NCBI GenBank assembly: GCA_945861165.1
Contig: CAMATO010000001.1
Span: 1-34,483 of the forward strand
Length of the DNA: 34,483 nt
Direction of reading: 5' to 3'
Source of the DNA: Bifidobacterium breve
GTDB taxonomy: Bacteria > Actinomycetota > Actinomycetes > S36-B12 > UBA5976
A program made the position numbers and the translations under genes. Of this stretch, positions 17,576-27,324 are shown piece by piece; the stretch's first letter is position 1; each line of letters starts with the position of its first letter. Under the pieces are notes generated by a model. It saw nothing but the letters and a program-made list of their open reading frames with translations. It was not told the origin of the DNA and did not search any database.

Positions 17576-19624
17576 ATGAGTAACAACACTTGGACTGAAA
17601 TAGATGAAAAATCAGTAAATGTTGCCAGAGCTCTTGCCTTAGACGCTGTTGAATCTGCCGGACATGGACACCCAGGAACTGCCATGGCCTTAGCCCCTGT
17701 TGCTCACCTTTTGTTCCAAAAATTTATGAACCATTCCCCTGCTAATCCTGATTGGTTTGGTCGTGATCGTTTCATTTTGTCTTGTGGCCACGCCAGCATG
17801 CTCTTATATTCCCAACTTTTCCTAAATGGTTATGGACTTGAAATAGCAGATTTAAAGAATTTTAGAAAAATGAACAGTTTGACTCCTGGTCATCCCGAAT
17901 ACCAACACACCAAAGGTGTTGAGATGACAACTGGACCGCTAGGTCAAGGTCTAGCTTCTGCCGTAGGAATGGCAATAGCCTCACGATATTGGCGGAATTA
18001 TTTTGATGCTAAAACATCACCTAAGCAAAGCATTTTTGATAATTACATTTATGTTGTGGCAAGTGATGGTGATTTACAAGAAGGTGTTAGTTCTGAAGCT
18101 TCCTCACTAGCAGGACATTTAGGGTTAGCTAATTTGATTGTTATCTATGACGACAACCGAATCAGTATTGATGGAGACACCTCTCTTGCCTTCACTGAAG
18201 ATGTTGCTGCTCGTTATCAGGCCTATAACTGGGATGTCCACACCGTTGAATTAGGCCAAGATGGCAAAGTTGATGTGGTTAGTTTGGGTAAGGCTATAAA
18301 ACTTTCCCAACAGTCAGATAAACCAAGTTTTATCCGGTTAAAAACTATTATTGCCTGGCCGGCTCCTCAGGCCCGAAATACTGCAGCTGCACATGGCGCA
18401 CCACTTGGTGAATCAGAAACCAAATTTACCAAAGTAGCACTGGGTTTAGATCCTGAAAAACATTTTCAAGTTCCAGAAGAAGTTCTTAAATACACGCGCC
18501 AAAGTCAAACAAATGGTGCAATTAAATTTTCGGAATGGAATAAAAAGTTTGAGTTATGGGAAAAATCTAACCCGACATTAGCGAAAGAATTTCATAGACT
18601 AAGTAAGGGTGAATTAGTTTCAAATTTGACAGATTCCTTATCGGTTTTCGAACCTGGAAATAGTGTTGCCAGCAGAAAAAGTGGTGGCACCGTTTTGAAT
18701 GAACTGGCTAGCAAACTAGTTGAACTTGTGGGTGGATCTGCTGATCTTGCCGAAAGCAATGGAGTGGCTCTTAAAAATTCATTATCAATGCAAAGAATAA
18801 GTTCCCAGATTAAAGAATCATCCCCTGGTGGAAAATATTTACATTTTGGTATCAGAGAACATGCCATGGGTTCAATCATGAATGGTTTAGCCCTTTATGG
18901 TTTTACCAGACCTTTTGGCGCTACGTTTTTAATTTTTAGTGATTACCAAAAACCTGCCATAAGACTGGCAGCTCTAATGCAACTTCCTGTTACTTATGTT
19001 TGGACCCATGACTCAATTGGATTGGGTGAAGACGGACCAACCCATCAACCAGTGGAACAACTTTGGTCTTTACGATCTATTCCTGGGTTTTCAGTTGTTA
19101 GACCATGTGATGCTAATGAAGTAGCAATTAGTTGGCTTAAAATTATGGAAGATAGAAAACCAGCTGGAATTGTTCTTACCAGACAAAATATTCCCACTCT
19201 CGACAGAAAGATTTATGCTCCTGCAATAAACGCTAAAAAGGGAGCATACGTTTTACAAGATGCCCCCAACTCAAATCCTGAGGTAATACTTATTGCCACG
19301 GGTTCTGAAGTTCATTTAGCATTAGATGCTCAAAAAGAATTGAATGCGCAATCAATTAATACTCGGGTGGTATCGATGCCATGTGTGGAATGGTTCCAAG
19401 AGCAAGAACAAAGTTATCAAGAATCAGTGCTACCAAAAAATGTGAAAGTCAAAATTGCTATTGAAGCTGGATCAACTTTTGGTTGGTATCAGTTTGTAGG
19501 TCTTGAAGGTGGCGTTATTGGGCTTGACCACTACGGAGCAAGCGGTAAACCGGAACTGTTGTACAAAGAATTTGGAATTACAGTGGAAAAAATTGTTGCA
19601 AAGGTTAAAGAATTAAAGAAATAG
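17576..19624 (+). CDS. tkt: transketolase
   Basis: 682 aa with SAGHGHPG, ASDGDLQEG, THDSIGLGEDGPTHQP. Confidence 0.95.
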   Translation: MSNNTWTEIDEKSVNVARALALDAVESAGHGHPGTAMALAPVAHLLFQKFMNHSPANPDWFGRDRFILSCGHASMLLYSQLFLNGYGLEIADLKNFRKMNSLTPGHPEYQHTKGVEMTTGPLGQGLASAVGMAIASRYWRNYFDAKTSPKQSIFDNYIYVVASDGDLQEGVSSEASSLAGHLGLANLIVIYDDNRISIDGDTSLAFTEDVAARYQAYNWDVHTVELGQDGKVDVVSLGKAIKLSQQSDKPSFIRLKTIIAWPAPQARNTAAAHGAPLGESETKFTKVALGLDPEKHFQVPEEVLKYTRQSQTNGAIKFSEWNKKFELWEKSNPTLAKEFHRLSKGELVSNLTDSLSVFEPGNSVASRKSGGTVLNELASKLVELVGGSADLAESNGVALKNSLSMQRISSQIKESSPGGKYLHFGIREHAMGSIMNGLALYGFTRPFGATFLIFSDYQKPAIRLAALMQLPVTYVWTHDSIGLGEDGPTHQPVEQLWSLRSIPGFSVVRPCDANEVAISWLKIMEDRKPAGIVLTRQNIPTLDRKIYAPAINAKKGAYVLQDAPNSNPEVILIATGSEVHLALDAQKELNAQSINTRVVSMPCVEWFQEQEQSYQESVLPKNVKVKIAIEAGSTFGWYQFVGLEGGVIGLDHYGASGKPELLYKEFGITVEKIVAKVKELKK

Positions 19625-19628
19625 TTCT

Positions 19629-19964
19629 TTAACGATCTCCACGTAATTTATCGATAGCTTCAGCTAAAATTGCATCGCCATCTTTATCATCACGACGTTC
19701 TTTGACATAAGCTAAATGGGTTTTGTAAGGAACATTTACAACTGGTTTAGGTGGATTATCTTGATCTTGACCTGCTGGCCAACCACATCTAGGACAATCC
19801 CAAGTTTCAGGAATTGGTGCATCTACCGCAAAAGCTGGTCTGCTTTCATGACCGTGTGCGCAGTAAAAAGATAACCGAACTCGTGGTGCTGCATCTCCGC
19901 GCTCTGCTTCGCCCATCGGGCCTGCACCAACGCGACTTCCTCTGATTGCACTACCACCAGCCAT
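19629..19964 (-). CDS. rbpA: RNA polymerase-binding protein RbpA
   Basis: 111 aa with the typical RbpA sequence: SFYCAHGHE...WDCPRCGW...KTHLAYVKERR. AAGGAG lies 8 nt upstream of the ATG. Confidence 0.9.
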   Translation of the reverse strand: MAGGSAIRGSRVGAGPMGEAERGDAAPRVRLSFYCAHGHESRPAFAVDAPIPETWDCPRCGWPAGQDQDNPPKPVVNVPYKTHLAYVKERRDDKDGDAILAEAIDKLRGDR

Positions 19965-19981
19965 TTATTTCTCCTTTTTTA

Positions 19982-20221
19982 TTAAGCACTTAAAACTAAA
20001 CCAAGGCCAATTACACTGGCAGCCCATATAAATCCGATAGCAATTGTGAAACGGTCCAAGTTTTTTTCTGCCAAAGATGATCCACCCAGTGAAGAACTAA
20101 AACCGCCACCGAATAAATCTGACAAACCACCACCGCGACCTCTGTGCAAAAGAATTAAAAGTAAAAGTAAAAGATTAGTAATAACCAAAATGACACCTAA
20201 GGTCCAGGCAATAATCGTCAT
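19982..20221 (-). CDS. secG: preprotein translocase subunit SecG
   Basis: Two TM helices flank RGRGGGLSDLFGGG. I chose the ATG at 20221; the track's TTG at 20245 has no visible RBS. The start remains uncertain. Confidence 0.8.
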   Translation of the reverse strand: MTIIAWTLGVILVITNLLLLLLILLHRGRGGGLSDLFGGGFSSSLGGSSLAEKNLDRFTIAIGFIWAASVIGLGLVLSA

Positions 20222-20287
20222 TATGTTTCTGACTAACCTTTCCAAAAATCGTCTAGTTAAAGGATACGACTCAGGTATGACAAATTA

Positions 20288-20301
20288 AGGTCCCGGGACC
20301 T
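20288..20301. repeat. perfect 14-bp G+C-rich palindrome AGGTCCCGGGACCT between tpiA and secG
   Basis: Read directly; the sequence is its own reverse complement. On the transcribed (minus) strand it is followed by TAATTTG. It may be a hairpin (attenuator or processing site) or a dimeric protein site. Confidence 0.3.
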
Positions 20302-20316
20302 AGTGAGTCACACAAA

Positions 20317-21102
20317 TCATGGTTGATCTGGCCATCTAATGATGCGCAAGAATTCATCTGGATCAAGTGCTGCTCCACCAATAAGTGCGCCGTCTACATC
20401 TGGTTGTTCCATGATGGATTTCACGTTTCCAGCTTTCACTGAACCACCATAAAGAATGCGAACTTTTTCAGCCACATCTTGAGAATAAAGTTTGGCAACT
20501 TTTTGTCTAATTGCCATAGACATATCTTGTGCGTCTTGAGGTGTAGCAACTTCTCCGGTACCAATTGCCCACACAGGTTCATAGGCGATAACTAATTCAC
20601 CAACATAATTTGAGCGCACGTCTTTCAACGCTGCTTGTACTTGAGACAATGTGTGCTCCACAGCATTTCCTGCTTGTTTGATATCGAGAGTCTCACCCAC
20701 AGCAATCATTGGCACTAAATCGTTTTTGATGGCTGCTTTAACTTTGGCGTTTACACTTTCATCTGTTTCATGATGATAAGCACGTCGTTCGCTGTGACCG
20801 ATTAGCGCATATTTTACTCGTAATTTCTTTAACATTGATCCACTTATTTCACCGGTGTAAGCACCTGAATCATGAGCACTTATATCTTGAGCTCCATAAA
20901 CAATGCTTAAGTGATCTGCGTCGATAACTGTTTGTACTGAGCGAATATCAGTAAAAGGCGGAAAAATAGCAACTTCAGTGCGCGCATAATCTGCATCAAT
21001 AAGTGAGAAAGCCATCTTGTTCAAATAACCAATGGCCTCTAAATGATTCATATTCATCTTCCAATTACCAGCCATCACCGGCTGACGTTTTTCGTTTGTC
21101 AT
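20317..21102 (-). CDS. tpiA: triose-phosphate isomerase
   Basis: 261 aa with AGNWKMN, IGHSERR, AYEPVWAIGTG. The ATG abuts the pgk stop (TAAATG). Confidence 0.95.
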   Translation of the reverse strand: MTNEKRQPVMAGNWKMNMNHLEAIGYLNKMAFSLIDADYARTEVAIFPPFTDIRSVQTVIDADHLSIVYGAQDISAHDSGAYTGEISGSMLKKLRVKYALIGHSERRAYHHETDESVNAKVKAAIKNDLVPMIAVGETLDIKQAGNAVEHTLSQVQAALKDVRSNYVGELVIAYEPVWAIGTGEVATPQDAQDMSMAIRQKVAKLYSQDVAEKVRILYGGSVKAGNVKSIMEQPDVDGALIGGAALDPDEFLRIIRWPDQP

Positions 21103-22308
21103 TTATTCCTCTTCTAATACGGCTAAACCAGGCAAAACTTTTCCTTCTAGCAGTTCAAGTGAAGCGCCACCACCGGTGCTGATGTGATCAAACTTTGATT
21201 CATCTAGCCCTAACAATCTAATTGCAGCAGCAGAATCTCCCCCACCCACAACGCTATAGGCATTTGAGTCAGCAAGTGCCTGGGCAATAGTTTTTGTGCC
21301 CGCAGCAAATGCGTTTACTTCAAAAACTCCCATAGGGCCATTCCATACAACAGTTTTTGCGTCTTTTATTTTATTTGCAAAGATTTCGCCAGTTTTTGGT
21401 CCAATATCTAAACCCTTTTGACCTACCGGAATTTGTTGTGCATCAACAATATATACCAGTGCAGAGCCATCTAATTGCGCACAAATAACCACATCCACTG
21501 GCAAAACTATCTCGACATTTTTCTCTTTAGCTGTGATCATCAATTGTTTTACTTCGTCAATACGATCAACTTCGAGAAGTGAATCTCCGACTTCGAAACC
21601 TTGAGCTTTCAGAAAAGTAAAAGCCATTCCCCCACCAATGAGTAACTTGTCAACTTTGTTGATTAGGTTATTGATTACCCCTAATTTGTCACTAACTTTT
21701 GACCCTCCCAGTACAACCACATAAGGACGTTCTGGGTTGTTTAACACTTTTGCAAAAGCTTTTTGTTCTGCCTGCACTAAACGCCCAGCTGCTTTAGGCA
21801 ATAGTCGTGCAACATCAGTGACCGATGCTTGTTCTCTGTGTACTACTCCAAAACCATCAATCACAAAAACATCAGCCAATGAGGCAAGAATTTGAGCCAA
21901 TCTAATTCTTTCGACATTGTCTTTACTGGTTTCATCTTTTTCAAATCTTATGTTTTCAACCATGGCAACTTCGCCAGGTTGTAAGGCGTTAACAGTTTTT
22001 AAAGTATTGGCGTCATTTAAATTTTCAATAAATTGAATGGGAGTATTTAGTAGTTCACCCAGTCTTTTTGCTATTGGTTTTAGTGACAATTCAGGTTTTC
22101 TTTCACCTTTGGGACGTCCCAGGTGAGCCAAAATGATAATTTTTGCTTTCTTGTCTCTTAAATTATTAATGGTGGTAACACTTGCTTTTAGTCGACCATC
22201 ATCAGTTATTTGCATTACACCCGAAGTATCTTGCTTCATAGGGGCATTTAAATCAGCGCGTAATAATACGCGCTGATTTGTTACCTCAATATCGTCAATT
22301 GTTTTCAT
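21103..22308 (-). CDS. pgk: phosphoglycerate kinase
   Basis: Conserved RADLNAP, LGRPKG, GGSKVSDK, STGGGASLE. I chose the ATG at 22308 (MKTIDDI...), 7 nt after the gap stop. The track start at 22335 would overlap gap. Confidence 0.95.
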   Translation of the reverse strand: MKTIDDIEVTNQRVLLRADLNAPMKQDTSGVMQITDDGRLKASVTTINNLRDKKAKIIILAHLGRPKGERKPELSLKPIAKRLGELLNTPIQFIENLNDANTLKTVNALQPGEVAMVENIRFEKDETSKDNVERIRLAQILASLADVFVIDGFGVVHREQASVTDVARLLPKAAGRLVQAEQKAFAKVLNNPERPYVVVLGGSKVSDKLGVINNLINKVDKLLIGGGMAFTFLKAQGFEVGDSLLEVDRIDEVKQLMITAKEKNVEIVLPVDVVICAQLDGSALVYIVDAQQIPVGQKGLDIGPKTGEIFANKIKDAKTVVWNGPMGVFEVNAFAAGTKTIAQALADSNAYSVVGGGDSAAAIRLLGLDESKFDHISTGGGASLELLEGKVLPGLAVLEEE

Positions 22309-22315
22309 TAATGAA

Positions 22316-23365
<1,050 letters not shown>

Positions 23366-23440
23366 TTATCAATCAACTCCAGAAAATAGTAACGGGGACG
23401 AAATTTTTATTACCATTGAGGCGACCTTGCCTACCTAATT

Positions 23441-24430
23441 CTATCCTTCTAACATTTCCGGAGTCAGTGAGGCTTCAGTTGGCGGAATTCCCAGTTCAGA
23501 TGCTCGTTTATCTGCCATTGCTAAGAGTCTTCTAATACGACCTGCGATTGCATCTTTTGTTAAAGGTGGATCACTTAATGCACCTAATTCTTCTAAACTT
23601 GCCTGCTTATGGGTGATTCTTAAATCTCCGGCTGCTTTCAAATGATCTGGAATTTCGTTTCCTAAAATTTCCATGGCGCGTGCAACTCGTGCTCCAGCTG
23701 CAACTGCTGCTTGAGCACTGCGACGAAGATTGGCATCATCAAAGTTTGCTAAACGATTTGCAGTAGCACGAACTTCTCGGCGCATCCGTCTTTCTTCCCA
23801 TGCCATCACGGCAGTGTGTGCGCCAAGTCTTGTTAGAAGTGCACCAATTGCATCGCCATCTCTAATTACTACTCGATCTACACCACGAACTTCACGCGCT
23901 TTTGCAACCACATCTAATCTTCGTGCTGCTCCTACTAAAGCTAGTGCTGCTTCTGGACCAGGTGCAGTAATTTCTAATGCACTTGATCTACCAGGTTCTG
24001 TTAAAGATCCGTGCGCTAAAAATGCTCCACGCCAAGCTGCTTCTGCATCACAAATTCCGCCACCAACAACTGATGGTGGCAATCCCCTAATTGGTCTTCC
24101 CGCAGAATCGATTAATCCTGTTTGTTTAGCTAAAACATCTCCACCTTGCACAACGCGCACAACGTAACGAGCACCTTTTCTAATTCCAGAACCTTGTAAA
24201 ACTGACATCTCAGCATCGTGGCCATAAAGCTCAACTATGTCTTTTCTTAAACGTCTGGCAATTTGACCGGCATCAAGTTCTGCCTCAACCACAATTTGAC
24301 CGGCTACTAGGTGTAGTCCTCCAGCAAAACGCAATAGAGCTGATACTTCAGCTTTTCTACAACAAGTTTTATTTAGTTCAACTCGTGCTAATTCGTCTTT
24401 TACTGCAGAAGTCATGGCCATATGTTCCAT
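23441..24430 (-). CDS. whiA: DNA-binding protein WhiA
   Basis: 329 aa, highly conserved actinobacterial WhiA (AVKDELARV..., LAGLIDADG-derived domain plus C-terminal HTH, ending [17 protein letters not shown]). The true start may be M4 or M6 (24421 or 24415). Confidence 0.9.
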   Translation of the reverse strand: MEHMAMTSAVKDELARVELNKTCCRKAEVSALLRFAGGLHLVAGQIVVEAELDAGQIARRLRKDIVELYGHDAEMSVLQGSGIRKGARYVVRVVQGGDVLAKQTGLIDSAGRPIRGLPPSVVGGGICDAEAAWRGAFLAHGSLTEPGRSSALEITAPGPEAALALVGAARRLDVVAKAREVRGVDRVVIRDGDAIGALLTRLGAHTAVMAWEERRMRREVRATANRLANFDDANLRRSAQAAVAAGARVARAMEILGNEIPDHLKAAGDLRITHKQASLEELGALSDPPLTKDAIAGRIRRLLAMADKRASELGIPPTEASLTPEMLEG

Positions 24431-24432
24431 TT

Positions 24433-24456
24433 TGACACAACTTCACCGGCGTGTCA
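24433..24456. promoter_or_regulatory. inverted repeat TGACAC-N12-GTGTCA abutting the whiA start (candidate WhiA autoregulatory site or RNA hairpin)
   Basis: Read directly: TGACAC at 24433-24438 and GTGTCA at 24451-24456. Each arm contains GACAC, the short core reported for Streptomyces WhiA targets. The function is inferred. Confidence 0.3.
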
Positions 24457-24495
24457 GATTGTTTCAAATATTTTTTTAATTATCGATAAAGATGA

Positions 24496-24518
24496 GTCAC
24501 ATTAGTAACATTAGTTAC
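24496..24518. repeat. phased GTNAC-ATTA array (GTCAC-ATTA-GTAAC-ATTA-GTTAC), including tandem 9-mers ATTAGTAAC/ATTAGTTAC
   Basis: Read directly: pentamers begin at 24496, 24505 and 24514 (9-bp phasing). A further GTTAC lies at 24533-24537, and the palindrome TTATCGATAA at 24480-24489 is nearby. Confidence 0.3.
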
Positions 24519-24537
24519 TAAAAACAACTTTTGTTAC

Positions 24538-25395
24538 TTATTCTTTCCCTAAATCTCTATGTACAACTCTTACTTTAGCTCCATTGCTTTTCAATTCTTG
24601 AGCAACTTTTTCAGCAATTGTGACACTTCGATGTTTTCCACCGGTGCAACCAATAGCAACGGTCACATACTTTTTACCTTCTCGAACATATCCAGGCGTG
24701 GTTACGTTTATCACTTCATTTATTGTTTTGGAGAAATTCTCAGCTCCGTCTTGCTTGAGCACAAAATCTTGAACCTTTTTATCTAATCCTGTGAGTTTTT
24801 TCAAATCCTCTTCCCAGAAAGGATTTGCTAAAAATCTCACATCAAATACGAAATCGGCATCCACAGGAATTCCATATTTGAATCCAAATGACAATATTGT
24901 GGCCTGAAATGTTGCCACATCACTTTCGAAAGTTTTTTCAATAACACTTCTCAGTCCAGGAGAGGACATATCTGAGGTGTCAATTACTACATCAGCATTG
25001 GCTCTGAGATCTCCCAATAGTTCTCTTTCGTTTTGCAAACCATCTAGTACTCGACCATCGCCTTGCAAAGGATGTGGTCTTCTGCTGCCTTCAAATCTTC
25101 TAACAAGGGAAACATCAGATGCTTCAAGAAAAAGTACTCGAACTTCCCAATTATCTTTCTTAACTTCAGCCAGTGCTTTATCCAAATTTGAAAACAATTT
25201 TCCACCGCGAACATCAACAACTACTGCAATATGACTTGCTACACCTTGAAGTTTTACATCATTTAAAGCTGAGTTTAAAACTGATGGTGGCAAGTTATCA
25301 ATAACAAACCAACCCAGATCTTCTAAAGCTCTTGCCGCAGTTGACCTGCCGGCACCTGACATGCCTGTGACAATTAGAACTTCAGGATTACTCAT
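24538..25395 (-). CDS. rapZ: RNase adapter / nucleotide-binding protein RapZ (YvcJ)
   Basis: 285 aa with Walker A GMSGAGRST and the C-terminal GCTGGKHRSV motif. Confidence 0.9.
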   Translation of the reverse strand: MSNPEVLIVTGMSGAGRSTAARALEDLGWFVIDNLPPSVLNSALNDVKLQGVASHIAVVVDVRGGKLFSNLDKALAEVKKDNWEVRVLFLEASDVSLVRRFEGSRRPHPLQGDGRVLDGLQNERELLGDLRANADVVIDTSDMSSPGLRSVIEKTFESDVATFQATILSFGFKYGIPVDADFVFDVRFLANPFWEEDLKKLTGLDKKVQDFVLKQDGAENFSKTINEVINVTTPGYVREGKKYVTVAIGCTGGKHRSVTIAEKVAQELKSNGAKVRVVHRDLGKE

Positions 25396-25417
25396 GTTTA
25401 TAGTCTGCCCTATTGCC

Positions 25418-27322
25418 TTAACTTTCGATGATTTCCCCGGTTAAAGGATCGAATTTGGTGGGAACATCTTTCAGAGTATGCATAATGTTTGTGGCTATTT
25501 CGGAAGTAATTCCAGGCACTGCCAAGAGTGATTCTAAATTTTGTTCTCGAATCGTGCTCACTGAGCCAAAAGTGTCTAATAGGGTTTTAATCTTTTTCTC
25601 CCCTAAGCCTTTGATTCCATCTAATTCACTAGCTAGTGAAGCCTTTGCGTGACGCATTCTAGTTTTAGTAATTGCGAAACGATGCGCTTCATCTCTTATT
25701 CTTTGAACTAGAAATAAAGCTTCACTATTTCGAGGCAACAATATTGGATCTTTAACGCCAGGTTTCCATAATTCTTCAAGTCTTTTTGCAATTCCAATAG
25801 TCTCAATATCTGACAGTCCTAATTCATCTAATGCTTCTCGTGCAGCATTTACTTGAATTTGTCCTCCGTCAACCAATAGCAAACTTGGTCGGTAGGCAAA
25901 GCTTTTCTTTTCTGTTTTGTTTTCTTCATCATTTTCATCAACCAAATATCTAAACCGTCTGGTCACTGTCTCATGAATCGCTCTTGGATCATCCTGGCCT
26001 TCGAAAGATTTAATGTTGAAGCTTCGGTAATGCTTCTTTTGTGCAATGCCATCCTCAAAGACAACAAGGGATGCTGTGGTACTGGTTCCTGAGATATTGG
26101 AAACATCAATGCATTCGATTCTTAACGGTGGTTGTTCCAAATCCAAAGAATTGGCTAATTCTTCCAAAGCTTTGGTTCTACTCAATAAATCAGCAGAGCG
26201 TTTAAGTTTGTGCATGGTCAGATTTTGCTCTGAATTCTTCTCACTTGTTTCCATGAGCTTTCGTTTATCACCTCGTTGAGGTTTTCTGATTTCAACAGTT
26301 TTCTTGGCATTTTCAGATATCCATTTGGTGACTGAATCTATTTCGGATATTTCCTGATTAATTAATATTTCTTTAGGAATGGCATCGCCTTCTAGTTCAC
26401 CATAAATTTGAACCAGTAAATCTTCAAAATGCTCTGGCATGGTTTTGTGATCTATGCGATCTGAAACAAAAGATCTTTCACCCTTAATTTGGCCTTGTCG
26501 AACATGGAATATTTGAGTCGACAAATGCAAATCATCAGAGGTTAAAGCAATTAGGTCTGCGTCTGTTTCATCATCAAAAACAATTGCATTTAGTTCAACA
26601 ACTTTCGTTAAGGCTCCCAATCTGTCCCTAAATCGAGCTGCTTTTTCAAATTCTTGATTGGCGCTAGCTTTACTCATCTCAGACTCAAGATCATTAAATA
26701 TTGACTTGGTATTTCCATTCAAGAAATTAACTACATTTGTGACAATCGATCCGTATTCTTCTTTATTTACTCTTCCCACACAAGGAGCTGCACATCTTTC
26801 AATATCACCTAACAAACAAGGTCTCTTCATTAATTGGTGTCTTCTATAAACGGTGTCCTTACAAGATCTAATTGGAAAAACTCGAATTATTTGTTCCATA
26901 GTTTGGCGAATAGCCCAAACATGAGTAAATGGTCCGTAATACTTATTACCTTTCTTTTTGGCTCCCCTTGTAACAGCAATTTGGGGAAATTCATCTTTCA
27001 AAGTCAAAGTTAAGTAGGGATAAGTTTTATTATCGCGAAAACGAACATTGAATCTTGGGTTGAATGCTTTGATCCAGGTAAATTCCAATTGCAAAGCTTC
27101 TACTTCGTTATGAACAGTTACCCAATCAACCATCGCTGCAGTTTTTACCATCATTGCTGTACGAGGGTGAAGATTACTTATATCTGTGAAATAACTATTT
27201 AACCGATTTTTTAAATTCTTTGCTTTACCAACATAAATAACTGTTTCGTCTGCTGTTTTAAATCGATACACACCTGGAAGTTCAGGAACATTTTTTGGCC
27301 GATATAAAGATGGATCTGCCAT
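25418..27322 (-). CDS. uvrC: excinuclease ABC subunit C
   Basis: 634 aa with an N-terminal GIY-YIG domain (PGVYRF...IYVGKAKNLKNR), a UVR domain, an endonuclease V-like domain and (HhH)2. Confidence 0.95.
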   Translation of the reverse strand: MADPSLYRPKNVPELPGVYRFKTADETVIYVGKAKNLKNRLNSYFTDISNLHPRTAMMVKTAAMVDWVTVHNEVEALQLEFTWIKAFNPRFNVRFRDNKTYPYLTLTLKDEFPQIAVTRGAKKKGNKYYGPFTHVWAIRQTMEQIIRVFPIRSCKDTVYRRHQLMKRPCLLGDIERCAAPCVGRVNKEEYGSIVTNVVNFLNGNTKSIFNDLESEMSKASANQEFEKAARFRDRLGALTKVVELNAIVFDDETDADLIALTSDDLHLSTQIFHVRQGQIKGERSFVSDRIDHKTMPEHFEDLLVQIYGELEGDAIPKEILINQEISEIDSVTKWISENAKKTVEIRKPQRGDKRKLMETSEKNSEQNLTMHKLKRSADLLSRTKALEELANSLDLEQPPLRIECIDVSNISGTSTTASLVVFEDGIAQKKHYRSFNIKSFEGQDDPRAIHETVTRRFRYLVDENDEENKTEKKSFAYRPSLLLVDGGQIQVNAAREALDELGLSDIETIGIAKRLEELWKPGVKDPILLPRNSEALFLVQRIRDEAHRFAITKTRMRHAKASLASELDGIKGLGEKKIKTLLDTFGSVSTIREQNLESLLAVPGITSEIATNIMHTLKDVPTKFDPLTGEIIES

Positions 27323-27324
27323 TG

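Noticed and set aside
23369-23416. 15-codon minus-strand uORF (MVIKISSPLLFSGVD) in the whiA-gap spacer, ending 1 nt before the gap GTG and preceded by AAGG
   Set aside because: In AT-rich DNA, ORFs this short are expected by chance. Without conservation or ribosome-profiling data it cannot be called. It would be worth a glance if comparative data become available.
23730-24167. 145-aa plus-strand ORF antisense to whiA, along with the other antisense ORFs in the track (e.g. 1847..2086, 3873..4229, 11080..11394, 32223..32540)
   Set aside because: They lie entirely inside strongly conserved genes on the other strand. Their composition is low-complexity and rich in Ser/Pro/Thr/Ala/Arg, and they show no start context. 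These are typical shadow ORFs.
23441-24430. whiA (and rbpA) look visibly more G+C-rich than neighbouring genes, which might suggest horizontal transfer
   Set aside because: The protein is rich in Ala, Arg and Gly and extremely conserved. The gene sits in its ancestral syntenic position. Amino-acid constraint explains the composition better than transfer does.
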